Positions 1 through 13,494 of a DNA stretch of 64,000 bases are shown here, piece by piece (position 1 is the first letter of the stretch; the number at the start of each line of letters is the position of its first letter). A program made the translations under genes and the position numbers. The DNA comes from Bugula neritina (lineage: Eukaryota; Animalia; Bryozoa), in contig OZ037770.1 of the NCBI GenBank assembly GCA_964035545.1, forward strand, positions 7,632,973 to 7,696,972, given 5' to 3'. The notes beneath the pieces are model-generated. The model had not been told where the DNA came from. It made no database searches and saw nothing but the letters and a program-made list of their open reading frames with translations.

Positions 1-1781
1 TACTCTAAGCCTTCCTAGCCAAGTCACTACACACAACTTGGGATTTGTTGCTTCTACAAAGATTGAATGGGATTAGAGCTACAACACACAACAACACAAA
101 AGAAGCACGAAAGGTTGTAAAGCTGGGTAGAGAAGTGAAATTGCCGGCAGATTTATAGTTTTCACAACAAGATCTACATGAGCTGCTGATTGAAATTTTT
201 TGGAAGAGCACAGAGATGGATGCAGCAAAAGATGGAAATGACTGAACCTGATGAAAAAACAGACTGCATTAGAATGAAGTGAGCGTGGTTTAAATGTTAT
301 CAAAACCGAGAAGGGTACCAAGAAAACCCCCAAATTTGTGGGGCTTTATACCATGACCAAAGTGTTACTTTTACAGGATTACATGGGAAAAGTTGGCAGT
401 TGGATCTTGCAGAAAGAAGTTGTATTTTCAATGCTTTCTGTAGTCTAGTACTTAGCTTTAATGCCTTTACTGCTGACATTGTGACGTAGCTATTGTAGCC
501 TGTGTTTATGCTAGTTTATAATCACCCTTATCTACAAGCCAACAAGATTGAAAGGCCTTGAGCGTATTATGGATTATCAAGCTCTGTTGAATATTAAAAA
601 CATCATGACTCAACATCAGCTGAAGGAAATGTGGAACAATAACTACAAACTCGCAGTAAAGGTTATTGATCCGAGACTTCATAGATCTAAAAAGGGGCGA
701 ACATAGTTTCAATTGTCAGTAATAAAAAGGCTATCCGAAAAATGTTCAAAGATTGCTTAAAACTTTGGATTGGGTATCTAAACATTAATTTGCAGATTTA
801 GAAACTCACTAAAGAACTTGCCATCAAATATATAAGACGATGACCACTTTATCAATAACTTTCTGAGTCAATGTCCCTCTGGAATATATCGAACCATCAA
901 ATATAGAGGGGCATGGGGCAGAGATAGCTTCTTGCGACATCTTGTATGCGACATATTGAGCATCTATTTTAAATAATCAAACAGAGTTTTGAGTTTCGAC
1001 TTTTTTTCTTCCATTTTTGTTCATGCCTACTTATATTATAGCCAGTATTTACACTGAATTTCGCTACGTGTTGTCATGACTGTCATATGCAATAAATCAA
1101 TCAATCAATCAATAGTAGATACAACAATAAACATGGGAGAACAACAAAACCTATGTAGAAGCAATAAACACTGATCATAAAGCTTATCTATGAAACTGAA
1201 GCATGTTCCTGCTTTGTGAAAAAGATAACTCCTATCTCCATTCCCGTAACCACCAGGATATGAAAAAAACCTTGTAATACTATCAATAAACAGGCCTGCT
1301 AAAATGTCACCACTTGTGGTAACGGAGAAAAGCATGCCTGATATTGAGTGTAATGACATGAAACCGCCTGCCAAACGAGACAAAAATGAAAAAATGCAGC
1401 GCTTCTGCCTAGCCCAAGCATTGAAAAATCAACTAAAGAAGAGACTCTAACTGTAAAATCCCATGAAGTGGTTACTGTGACTAAAAAGTCAAGACCTCAT
1501 AATGCAGAAACAACCTTTGATGATACTTATTGAGACCAACTTCACAAAAACATAAATTTGTGCAATTTAGAGACAAAAGGACAAGCAGCTGCAAAGCTAT
1601 ATAGCAAGACACCTAGAACTGGCAACCCCCATAGGATAATTGTGACATACTTTTATACATTGGCATAGGCCACGCTAAGTGAACCCGTAAAACAAGGTGG
1701 GATGTTGTAAAAAATATCACTTGAATTATAGAAGAAAACATGTAGCATTTCAAGAAAGGCTGTGTAGTGTGGGGTGGACTT

Positions 1782-2030
1782 TGTAGTAGAATGAAGCTAT
1801 TGGTTAACGCCAAAGACGGGGCCACTAATACAGGGCGGCCATCTTGGGTTTAACACGCAAATAACACAGATGCACCAGAGCAACAAAACTAGACTTGCCA
1901 GATAATTCACACATTTCATTACTTGGTGTCAGAAGGATGGACAGTCATAGTAATATTAGTGACATGTGAAAGTTCACTTGCGTGTTGAAAATCAGAATGT
2001 GAAGCAGCTTTGGCAGAAGGCTCTTGAACT
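1782..2030 (+). mobile_element. Short Ty3/Gypsy (Mag-type) LTR remnant with tRNA-Leu primer-binding site
   Basis: TGGTGTCAGAAG at 1924-1935 matches the complement of a tRNA-Leu 3' end and is the common Mag-type PBS. It follows a short segment starting TGTAG after a purine-rich tract. Boundaries are uncertain and there is no intact ORF. Confidence 0.4.
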
Positions 2031-4357
2031 AGAGCTGAGAAAATTGTTCAACGATTTAATATTTTTAATGATACTCTGTCGACTGATTGGAAGGTGTTTC
2101 AAATTGCGCTGATTGGACCACATTGTGTGTCTACAGTTGATTTGGTTTTGATGAGTCGGTAGACACTCAACTCTGGCTAATCAAAACCAACTGCATTTTA
2201 GTACAATTTTCGTTTCACTTTATGAATAAAACTGTCACTACCAACAAGACTTTTAATTTGTGAACATCAAAAAAAAATCCTGTTTTAATGATGAATCAGC
2301 TTAATATTGCCCTGTTTAAGGGATGGTTATTAGTATTACTGTTAAATGATTAATAATTACTGGTCCATTTTTATTCAACTCAGTACTATATTTAATTATT
2401 AACCAAAACTATTGGTATTAAAGTTCATTAACTTTATCACCATTAGATAATTAGTAGAAGTAGGTACTACTGTTCGTTCTAATAATAGCATAGTGATCTT
2501 AGTATGTAAATGTATAGGTTAAATTGCTTATCACTGACTAGCCTACTCTTGACCCGCCTCCTGCTGATCGTTTGCCCAGTAGCATGAATGATGCTTCTAC
2601 TTCCACAGCGGCTAGCGGAGCAATAAATGTGTTAAGATCAACTTTCTTTTAGTTCCAGCAGCAATGTTTCAAAATCTATGATTGTGGCAGCCACTATACT
2701 ACCCATAACAAATTCATCTCTTTTTTAGAGTAAGTTCTTGAAAAAACCACTTACCACTACAAACCTCATTCTACCTCCATTCTGACTGACACCCCGGTAA
2801 AGCAAAGACTCCTGAACATGGCTGTAGAAAGAACATGGCATATGACAAGAAAGCTCCCAAAGAAGGAAAGGTGTAGCGTCTTGATCATTCCTTATTATAA
2901 TTATTACACAATACTACATTGTCTCAATGTTTGCTCAATCTATTCAAATCATCGCTTGCAGTGGCACAGGACAATTCATCACCATTCACCCATATACTCA
3001 TTTAGCTACTCACTTAGCTACTCCTTAGCCACAGCTTATTTAAACCACAAATAGCTTTGTACTCACTATTACAATGCAATGATTCTTGCTACCAGAATAG
3101 CTGTCAGCTTTTTATAGCTTGTAGCCAGAAATTATAGCAGCTGAGTTGTTTTATGCCTTCATGCCAGTCTGATGCTTTTCTCCACTGACTGTTGTAGTTC
3201 TCACTAGTCATTTTTGATTTTGTACATGATACATGTAGATATTTAAACTTTCACTATTACAATCTTATATATTTGATTCTAACTCTCCTCAGGATGGGTA
3301 ATAGAAGTATGTTGAACATTGTTATGCAACAATTTTGTAATGTTTTATGTTTCATTTTTCTTGTCATCAATGTCTCTATTATCAAATTGTGTTATTGTAG
3401 TTTCACGTTGGTTACCAGTTGGCATTGATAAACATCAGCAAAACTCCAGCAGTGCAACCTGTTATTAATAAACTGGGGTAGAATTACGAAAGGTAAGCAC
3501 ATATATTAACTAACAGAACAAAATTGTGTAATAACATGCAGCAAGTTATTTACTTTTATGTTTGTTCTGTGCAATAATCAGTGTGAAAATCGGCATTGAT
3601 ATGCTTTTGATGGCGAAATTTACTATTGTAGGCAAAGGCAAATTAAATACTATCAAAGCAGCTTAGCAATGAAACTGATGAAGAGGAGAAATATTAGCTT
3701 GCAAAAGCACACCAGACAGACAGTGATGACTGCATAAGTAAAAATAGAAATAATTGTCTCCTAGATGACATTCCTATTCGCGCTTCCAGTTTGAATGCTG
3801 GAGATTACATCTTAGCTGCGATCCATCGAAAAAATTTCACTCGGAATTTTGTAGCACAAGCTGCTAAAAAACTGTCTGATGATAATTCCTGTGAAGTGGA
3901 GTTCAAGCTCAAAAATAAAAGAAAAACTTTTTAGCTCCAAATAAATTATTGATAATAGCACAGCAGAAATGAGTGATGCGTGTTTGATTTTGCCGTACCT
4001 TTTATCTCTGGTGGCACAAACTGTATAGCTAAAACATGAATTTTGCTGCGGACTTGAAAAAGTATTTTTAATTATTTGTGTATTAAATAAAAATCAGATG
4101 TAACCAAATCAGAGAAGTTTTGATACATTTGTTGTGTCCCACCCAGTGGCCCATTGTACCCGGTACCAGTATCTTAGTCATAAAAAATTTCATTAATCTG
4201 AAGGTAGTGAAAGAGAAGGAAATAACAAACTAATAACTACAATAAGCAACTGGTGTAACATTTATACTAGAGATTACTGAATTATTAAGTTGAAAACAGA
4301 CAAATGAAAGTAAACAATTTGAAATTCAGCCCATTGCGCCACAGGTATAGCTGATGC

Positions 4358-4960
4358 TGTGTTATAATGTACTCGCTACCTTGTTGCGGTTCTACTAGGT
4401 CAACGTTGCTTTTAGTTCAATAAAGTTAGTCACCATATCAAGTACTACTTGCTCGTGTTAATTTTATAGCAATTTATAATCTACTGCATCCACAGCCATA
4501 ATATTACATAGTGGCCAGTACGCGTTGCTGAAACCAAGATAAAGTAATTATATTTTACGTAATTAAAGTGAATTTGTTTGTGATGGTAAAGATCACCACC
4601 TTCCTCCTTAAGAATTTGACTTTGATCCTTCTGGCTGGGCAAAAGGGCTTGCTTGCTGAAGCTGTCATAGGACTTTGTCACAGCTTGATCATGAAGAACA
4701 ACTACAGGTTGACAGCTTTATATATTGGATTGGAAATAAAAGTGAAAGCTTCTTTAATGATTTAGCTTTGTCAGATGAAGAAGCCAAAAATTATCAGAAA
4801 GCATCTGAAGCTTTCCAAAAGTATTTTTCCCCACATAAGTACATGATCTATGAAAGAGTACGTTTCTTTAGGCAATGCAAGCAATCCAGAGAAACTGTTG
4901 AACAGACACTAACTGTAGTCGTAAGATGCAGAAGATGCAAGTTCAAGACTTAACTAAAGA
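4358..4960 (+). mobile_element. Degenerate Mag-type Ty3/Gypsy 5' end: LTR remnant, tRNA-Ile-type PBS and gag fragment
   Basis: An LTR-like segment with AATAAA ends ...ATTACA at 4508. It is followed by TAGTGGCCAGTACG (4509-4522), one mismatch from TGGTGGCCAGTACG, the complement of the tRNA-Ile(AAT) 3' end. The downstream frame reads PP*EFDFDPSGWAK...QVDSFIYWIG...FSPHKYMIYERVRFF, resembling Mag-clade Gag N-termini, with stops. Confidence 0.65.
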
Positions 4961-5174
4961 AGTTGCCATAAAGATGGCTAGGCAGTTTGAGAAAAACATT
5001 AGACATAACAGATAGTCATAGTAGTACTAGTACAACTTCAGTTGATGCTATCTAAAAAGTCACTAGTAGTAGTAATACAAACAGCAAGTTCCATTAATCC
5101 ACCGGTAGAACGGTCACTTTACTCACAGTAAGCACGCTGCCCAGTCTTTTCGTATTCAGCTGCTGTTATAACTG

Positions 5175-6315
5175 TTGCCAGTTGAACACTTAACTACTTC
5201 CAACTCTCTAAGTATAGCCTCAAATGCTACAGGCAAGTTATGTAGATTAAATATTACTCCTTCTACTAATCTAGTTTCAGTACAGTCTGACTCTATCAAT
5301 CAGATAGAGTTAGACTTACTGGAAACTGCTGTAGTTGCCGATGGCAGTGAGAGTTTTGAGATCTCAGACAATCTTCTGGAACAAAAGATGGAATCATTAC
5401 TTTTCAGTCTGGGCATCCGCCGTTATTCCAGTGAGTTTCTTACAAGGAGGTAGATGACTTTCAGACCGGTAAAGGTCAGAAGTCTGTACAATTAGGTATT
5501 AAAGATCATAATATATCTACTCCTATTTCTACTCTCGTTATAGATGGCACTCAACTCTCACCAATCATACATTGGGATAATGAAAACCCCCCACATACCT
5601 GGCAGATGGACATAGAATCACAGCCCGGTGAATCTCTAGCCCGGTCTCTTGTCTCCAAGCATGCAGATTATGATCTACGCCCGAACTTACCCAGTTAGCT
5701 ATCGAGTTGACCAGACTAGATCCATCCTAGCACACATACTCTGATTGTCACCAAGCTTGGAGGATCTGACAATGTCTCATGTGATCAGTGCCAACATCAG
5801 TTCACTACACAGAAGAGACTCAAGGTTCACATCCAATAAAGCTAAAACCGCCATTATGTCCTCAGACACCAGCACACGAAATACTTAATGGGACAGCTAT
5901 TTCAAGTAGATAGCCAAGATCGCAGTATGTGGGCCAGACTGCATATTGGGTTGCCTGCCCCTTCGACCAATCCTAGACTTGAGACAGTCCGGGCATGAAA
6001 AGGATGGACAGAAGAAAACAGCAGCCGAGCCACCCAGTGGTGATATTCGCGCGGTAATAAACCATGTAGACACTGATGATGCCCATCAATCTTTACATCT
6101 ACTCGATCCTCCTCAAAAGCAAACAAGATAAATCGGAAGGCATTGCCATCTCCGGCACCAGGTACTTCGGCGAAGCTGAACCCGAAGCATCGTGTAAAAA
6201 AACTAAAGCGGCAGCTGAGCCAGCTCACACCACAACTGTTAGCAGCTACCAACGAAATCAAAATATTAAAAATGCCATGGTTGTACAGAAGAGGAAGGCC
6301 CGGCAATCGATGTGA
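5175..6315 (+). pseudogene. Disrupted C2H2 zinc finger / coiled-coil accessory ORF linked to an LTR element (copy 1)
   Basis: Fragments ELDLLETAVVADGSESFEISDNLLEQKMESLL, PIIHWDNENPP, SCDQCQHQFTTQKRLKVH, YVLRHQH..MGQLFQVD and KLKRQLSQLTPQLLAATNEIKIL are collinear and similar to the ORF at 45977-47092 (-). Stops and frameshifts are present. Confidence 0.6.
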
Positions 6316-6811
6316 TAATTCTAAAAATAGGCATGATCTATTAGATAACTATGAGCCTGTAGCCGTAGAGCAAAATATAGTTATAGTAATGGCCTATAAT
6401 CATGAATAATTAATATTATAATGAAACAAGTTTCACATTTTGATTTTCAATGAAATGAGTTTATCAGTATCATATACTTATAGTAATACTAATACTAATA
6501 GTAATACTAATTCATTTACAGACTACAGTTAGTGTCACTGTATTAGATTAGTATTACTAATAATAATATTAATATATTATTAGTATTACTATTAGTATTA
6601 CAAGATGAGTATTACTATTAGTATAGCTATAAGTGTATAACTATAAGTGTTAATATTTACATTAGACTTAAAGTTAGTTTAATTATTACTATTAAATACT
6701 ATTATTATAGTATTGGTATTAGTACTTCGAGTACTAGGTCTAGTCAATGTCATAGCGGTAGAGTAGTAGTACCTGTACTAGTACTAGTAGTAGTCTAGTA
6801 GTACACTAGTA

Positions 6812-9800
6812 CTAACTCACCTCATAACTCACCTCGTAAAAATTAGAACACTCTGCTAACACCTACAGGCGCAAAATTATGAGTGCCTCTTATGTTGTTT
6901 TTGTTTGCGTTTACCATGTGTTGAAATGTATCTATTCTAGCATGTAGCCAAGTTTAGATATTTTAATTGTAATGTAAAGGGGTTTTAGCACATAGCTAAG
7001 CTGAGTTTGTGTTATGAGGTGGTATCCTTAAATATCTGATGCTTCGAGGGAGAAAACTGTTGTGAAAGGTCTGTGAGGATGCAGAAATTGATGTTGGTTC
7101 TCCTCTCTTAGCAGATCGAGTGTTTATTGACCGATTTGAATTTAATAGTTCACCATAAGCGGATGAAAGCATTTTATGGCGCTCTTCATCTGAGAGTATT
7201 TTCCTCAACAAAGTTATTCTATGGTCTCTTCGTCGGCTCGAAAGAGTTTTAAGCTGCAATTCAGTTCGAGCGTCACTGATGCCACATCTTCCTTTGAGGT
7301 TAGCGATAAACCTGATGGCTTGATTTTGAACATGTTCAATTTCCTCACAGGCACTTTTGTTAGTTGGATTCCACGTGTCTGCATACTCAAGGATAGGTCT
7401 ACATAGACTAAGGTATGCAATTAATTTTGCCTTTATGGGTGCATTGTAGATTGTATGCTTGATACAGCCAAGTATTTTGCTTGCATTGTTGACTTTAGAT
7501 GTAATGTCTGTCAAACTTTAGGTTAGACTGCATGATTACTCCAAAATATTTGGCCTCTTTAACTGTCCTAAGAGTGATGTCACCAAGTGAATATAGATGG
7601 GAGGTGTCATCAGTTTTACCAAATATAATCACTTTGCACTTATCGGTATTAAACGGCATTTTCCATTTAAGTGACCAGTTATAAAGTGAGTTTAAGTCTC
7701 TCTGAAAGGCTTCCTGTTGTATTTTGTTGTTAACTACAGCATATAGAAGTGTGTCGTCAGCATATAGACTAACTTTGCATGAGACAGATTGAGGGAAATC
7801 ATTGATGTAAATTAGGAAGAGTGTTGGTCCAAGAACTGATCCTTGGGGGACTCCAGATGTTACACTTAGTTCAGATGATTCTGTCTTTTTGATCACCACT
7901 TTTTGACTTCTGTCAGTCAAGAAGCTCTGTATCCAATTGGCAATAAATGGGTCAATTTCTTTGATTCGCCTGACTTTCTCTGAGTAGTAAATTAGGAACT
8001 TTATCGAAGGCCTTGTTAAAATCTAGAATTACTGCGTGAGTAGTTGATGAGTTGTCGGCTGCTCTTGCAAGATCGTGAAAAGTTGCACACAATTGAGTGT
8101 CACATGAAAGGCCATGTCTAAATCCATGTTGTCTATCAACCAAAATTGAATCTAGTGTTTTATTTAGATAGTGTAATATATTATGTTCTAGCACTTTGCA
8201 GGGGATACTTGTCAATGAAATAGGTCGATAATTGCATGGCTTCTCTTTTTCACCTTTCTATATATAGGAGCGATGTTGGCAGTCTTTCGTGCACCTGAGA
8301 GCACACCTTGTTTTAATAAAGCAGCGAAAATATGCTGAAGACACTTTGCATTGATATTAGGGTTTATTAGTAATAGTCTGGGCCGGGTGATTTATTATTT
8401 TTAAAGTAAACAATAAGTTTTTTAACACCATCTAATGTGATGGGAAATGGTTTTGTTTGAGTTGAAAAAAGTGGGAGTTTTGATATACTTTCTTGGTGGC
8501 AGAACTGTGAGTGAAAGTATTTATTTAGTTTGTTGGTGATTATCGTACTGTCAATGGTTGGAAGGCCATCCATAAGTGTCATAGTCTCTAAAGGATGCTG
8601 TTGATTTTGTTTGTACCTAAGATGTTTGTAAAAAGGTTTGCTGTTCCCCTTTTTCAAGGGCTTACAAATTTTATATAACAAATAATTCGTTTTGAGCTTT
8701 TTGAGTTCTTTCTTGTTGTTCCGGCGATGCTGCTTTTATTTATTCAGGTGGTATGGATCTCCAGTTTGTTTGTACTTTCCGTGTGTATTGTGTTGCTTGC
8801 CTATCATTTTTTTAATGTTTGTTAAACCAAGGTGGTTGATCTTTAATTCTGACATGCATAGTTTCAAGTGGAACAGAATCAAGTATGGCTTCATCAAGTG
8901 ATCTTTTGTAAATAGCCCACAGTTTATGAACGTCACTTAGGTTTTTAATTTGATGAAGAGCATAAGTCATTTTTTCAGTCAAGACCTGAACGTTTGCCTC
9001 CTGATAGACAAAGATTTCCTTGGTATTTTCACAATTGTGTTGTTATTGCATCATTGTTTCTACTTTTAGCTTCAGGGTTATAATATAATGCTCGCTTAGG
9101 CCAGGGATTACCACAGAGTGTTTCCGTGAATGTGTGTAGGTTCTGAAACTATCTGGTATAAGTTATGTTCGTAAAGCATGTTGAGAAATTGCAGATGGAT
9201 AGCTCTGTAGGATGAATTGGGTTTAATAGTTTTGGTAACCCAGTCTAGTCCTGGAAGAGTCATATCACCAAGTAAAATGATGTTGCAGTTGGAATATTTA
9301 TATTTGATGGAGCTAAGTACGTTACTTATTTGTTTGATATTTGGAGTTGATGTCCTCAGTCTATAGTAACAACATATAACTAAGTTAGTTGGAATAAGGA
9401 TAATTACTATTTCTTCATTATAAGTTTCAACGGAAACATTTCTGGCATTAAGCTTTGCCTTGATTGCAATCATAACTCCTCCTCCGTGTATGTTTCTGTT
9501 ATTTCTAAAGAAGTCTAAATCAAGTGTTTTGATTACAGTCTTGCTGAGAATAGATTATTCAATATGCGTTTCTGTTAGGCAGATCAAATCATAGTTTTTA
9601 ATTAGAGCAGTGATTTCTGCTGTTTTTCCTTTGACTGACCTGACATTAGCAAGAAAAAGATTTAGATCTGAGATTGCTTTGTTTGTTGATCTTCCGGTTT
9701 CAACTTTTCCCAGTTTCCCGATTCAGCCTTTTTTTAATGTTGAAATCCCTGATTCGAAATTGTATGGTTGGCTGCTCCTCTTTAAGTTTTTTAACCTGTT

Positions 9801-10700
9801 GGCGAAGAGCGTACTCTTTGTCCCTAGTTTCTTTGTTCCTGTCCAGCTTGCAGAACAAAGAATCTGCGCGCAAGGCACGATTTACTCGTTTTAAGAATTC
9901 CCACTTGGACCTTTCGTCTTCAAATCGCAGTTTTATAGGGCGATTTTTGTTTTCAGTCTTAGGACCAAGCCTAATTGCTTGAAGTGGCTTGTTGAAATTC
10001 TTAAATAGTTCTTTGGACGTTAAATTCATCACATCTTGCATTGCAATATCTCTTTCAGTTAGGCCATACAAAATTGCATTGGATTTCCTCGCTTCGTTGT
10101 CCTTTTTGTCCATCTCTGATGTTAGCAGTGCTTGGCTGGTTGTGGTCATTTGCAGGGTTTTTTTTGTTATTTGCAATTTCAGAGTTTTTGCTGGTAATAT
10201 CAGCTCAGGTTTTTTGGAGGGTATTGACTTCTTCATTTCTGTTTTAAAGGTATTTTTCTAATTTTTTCTCAAGTTTAGAAATTTGTTGATTAATGCTGTG
10301 AAGCATTTTCATATGTTGTGTATTGCCACTCATCACAAAACCACCTAACACCTCTGTCCAATAGTCTAATGATGGAAATCACCTCAGATGGCTGGAGGCC
10401 CTGGCATGTTCCATGGTACCATTTTAGGCACACATCACAAGATATCCATTTTGAAGCAGCTTTTTGTTGTTTTCCGCCTTTAGTGAGAAGAAACATACTT
10501 TTTTGGAGCATGATGCGGATAACTCATTTAGGTCTGTATTGTTGTCATCTGTAGTAGATTCCAACTGAGAGCGTTGCAGAGGGGGAAAGTCACCTCCACT
10601 ATGACCAATGTGGTCTTGAGACTGAGTGAGTGTGGGGAGTGACATACCTACGCTTACAATAATATTTAATTCAAAGTGATACACCAAAATTATCAAGTGT
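6812..10700 (-). mobile_element. Degenerate near-full-length non-LTR retrotransposon (CR1/L2-like LINE)
   Basis: ORF1 pieces: PHD finger WISCDVCLKWYHGTC...WFC (10290-10511) and RKSNAILYGL...RLG...RPIKLRF (9700-10236). ORF2 pieces: APE motifs (CLTETH, GGGVMIAI, LLGDMTLP, EPTH..GNTL) and RT motifs (YRPISLTSIPCKVLE, QHGFR, DFNKAFDKV, GVPQGSVLGPTLFLIYIND, YADDT, FLPRSIR). Multiple frameshifts; short tandem GAGGTGAGTTA-type 3' tail near 6812-6837. Confidence 0.9.
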
Positions 10701-11241
10701 TAAGGCTATCAAATTCAATGACCAAGCTGGCACTATCAATATCACTATGACTGTATGAGTATGACTATAATAATAATTACAAATTTAAACTTGATGCTAA
10801 AATAATAGATTAATACTAGTTGTACTTGTAGTTAGGCTATGTAGGCGTAAGCAGAGTGTCTAATTTGAGGTATTTTTATCCTTTAGTCCAAGATGAATTC
10901 ACACAAATACTTTAATTTCAAGTTATACTAATAGTAATACTAGTAGTAGTAGTTGAGTAGTACTAGTAGCACTAGCAGTAGTGAAAGTCAAAGTACTAGT
11001 ACTACTAGTAGTACTACTAGTTATAGTTATACCAACATTTATCATTATTCATACGAAATATAGTAGTACTTTGCTTTGTAAATAATAACCGAGTGATTCG
11101 AGTAAATACATTGACTCGAACTTTCAATTTGAGACCGCGAGAACAACCGATTCAATTTAATCGGTTACTCCAATGATAAGAATATAACATTACCACATTA
11201 TCGCGCTACGGCTACCATGAATCTTGAAATACTCCCGCATT

Positions 11242-11249
11242 TGACGTCA
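11242..11249. promoter_or_regulatory. Palindromic CRE site in a CpG-richer patch upstream of the NWD gene (possible promoter)
   Basis: TGACGTCA at 11242-11249 lies in an ~11100-11350 segment with more CpG than its surroundings, ~1 kb upstream of the acceptor at 12256 that precedes the start-codon exon. Promoter function is inference only. Confidence 0.25.
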
Positions 11250-11794
11250 GTCGTGTTTTTAAAAACGGACTCGCTGTAATAAAACCCATCATCGCGTAGC
11301 ATTGTGGCTTCTAAGGAGCTTAACACGCCCCAGCCGAGCTTCTGCAATTTAAGTTTATGTAACCATAGAACAAGCTAAATCAACTAAATAGCCAAACAAT
11401 GTTTCTATATAATTATAACGAAAATGACTGAAACTGCAGGGACTATTAAAACAATTTAAAAGATTGTCAAGTTCAGGTCTAACTCATTTTAAATGGTATT
11501 TTTATATTGGCAATAATATCACAATTCGTACAATTTTACACCCCGTGTACTAGTACTAGTACTAGTGCTAGTAGTAGCACTACAAACATGCCATTATCAT
11601 TATCATTATGATTATTAACGAGCATTATCATTATGATTATGATTAGAAATAGGTGTACAATAAAAGAACTAAAATAGCATTAAGTGTATAACATTATTAG
11701 TTAGTAGTTACACTTCGACTTAGTCTAACTCTAAGACTGTCTTACTCTAAAAAACAATCACAATTGCATTTTTTGCTAACTAGTAAACTACAGC

Positions 11795-11978
11795 TACTAA
11801 TACTACTACTACTAATACTACTACTACTAATACTACTACTACTACTAATACTACTACTACTACTAATATTACTACTACTACTAATATTACTACTACTGCT
11901 GCTGCTGCTGCTACTGCTACTGCTGCTACTACAATTACCATTACTACTGCTACTACTACACTAATACTAATACTACTA
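11795..11978. repeat. Imperfect (CTA/CTG/ATA)n trinucleotide microsatellite
   Basis: Direct reading; it produces the spurious poly-Leu ORF 11764-11964. Confidence 0.9.
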
Positions 11979-12320
11979 GTGGTTGTTGCTTACATTGTTA
12001 AAGTATGCTGATAATTATTTACTTTTTCTATTTTTTAGTATCTAGCTAATGCTTATCAATATTATTATTATGTTTATGCATAGATTACTTTATAATGATT
12101 TAGAATTATATGTTACAAGTTATTTTCAGTTGTAGTATTAAGCCCATCTTTGTATCATGTACTGTCACTTATATTGATAAACTCCAAATGGGAAATTAAC
12201 TCTACATATATGTTGCGGCATGTGTTGCACAAATGCTATACAATATTTGTTTACAGATCGTTTACTCTGTTCAGGTCAATCACACGCTAGTACACAGTGA
12301 CTAATACACAGTGACTAAAT

Positions 12321-13460
12321 ATGTCTAAAAAAGCAGGAGGCTTTAAAGTTCGAGCAGTTGAGAGAGTAAAAATAGGTAACATATACTATATCTCTCAAAT
12401 TTTAGATAATTTTTATAAATATGTAGTATTGTTGGTTACGTTAGTCGGCCTTTGCTCAACCTGTAGTTATCGCTCTTTGTTTCTTCACTCAGATGGGATT
12501 GACAAGATTTCTGAGTTTTGGTCTAAAAGATCTGCTCCAGCCTTTGAAACAAGAGATGATTGGAAACCATCAGATGAGGAGTTGCCCTCGTACGTTCTCA
12601 CAGGAAGACTCGATTATATTCCTCCACCTCCAAACAAAGTTGTCAAGATTTTTCTCAGCTCCACATTCTCCGGTGTGTTGTCAACTCGTTTGATTATTTA
12701 ATCACCAAACTATCGGTATACAACAGGCAATCTAGTAGAAGTAGATGACATGCAGTAAATAGTGAATGTTGCTCACTCACCCTAAATACAATACTGTTTT
12801 AGACATGTACGTGGAGAGAAATTACTTGTTCAGCAACATATACAAGAATCTTCAGCAGTATTGCAGACTACAACATGATGTGGAGTTCCAGGTACTGTAT
12901 TATATACCATTGATGTCTAACACCCAATCAATGACTCACCTTCCATCGCCCATTATAATAGTCATTGTAAAAACTTGAGTTCCTGATGTGAATCATAAAG
13001 AAAATTCCTGAAAGTTTATAGTCACCATCTCTGTATGAAAACCCCTGGTGAAAGGGGTTTTTAGTAAATTGGCTAAGGGCTTATTGAGGTGGGGCACAGG
13101 AGCAAATGTGACTGGATGCTCTTCCTGACATCACCAATGGCCTTTGTCGGGTTTGAACCCATCAGTTCGTGTTTGCTAGGCAAACGCTCTAACCCCTAGA
13201 CCACCGCTGCTCCCTTCCGCAGATCACAGGTTCATTGTTATTCATCAGATTTAAATTTTGCATAATGCACAGCCAGACTATTTTCCTAGTTATGTGTTTT
13301 TAAAGGTAGCACATACTGGTATATCTTTTCATTGGTTGGTATAATCTTACAGGTTGTATACAAGATATATATTAGTATATACTACTAGTTGGTATAATAT
13401 TACAGGTTGTAGATATGATATATATTAGTATATACTACTAGTTGGTATAATATTACAGGT

Positions 13461-13494
<34 letters not shown>

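Noticed and set aside
1-1780. Possible decayed transposon coding sequence
   Set aside because: Only weak, fragmentary similarity by eye; no motif is strong enough to call.
3300-4345. Possible pogo-like DNA transposon right end (repeated GCCCATTG motifs at ~4149 and ~4329)
   Set aside because: No matching left TIR or transposase motif could be confirmed.
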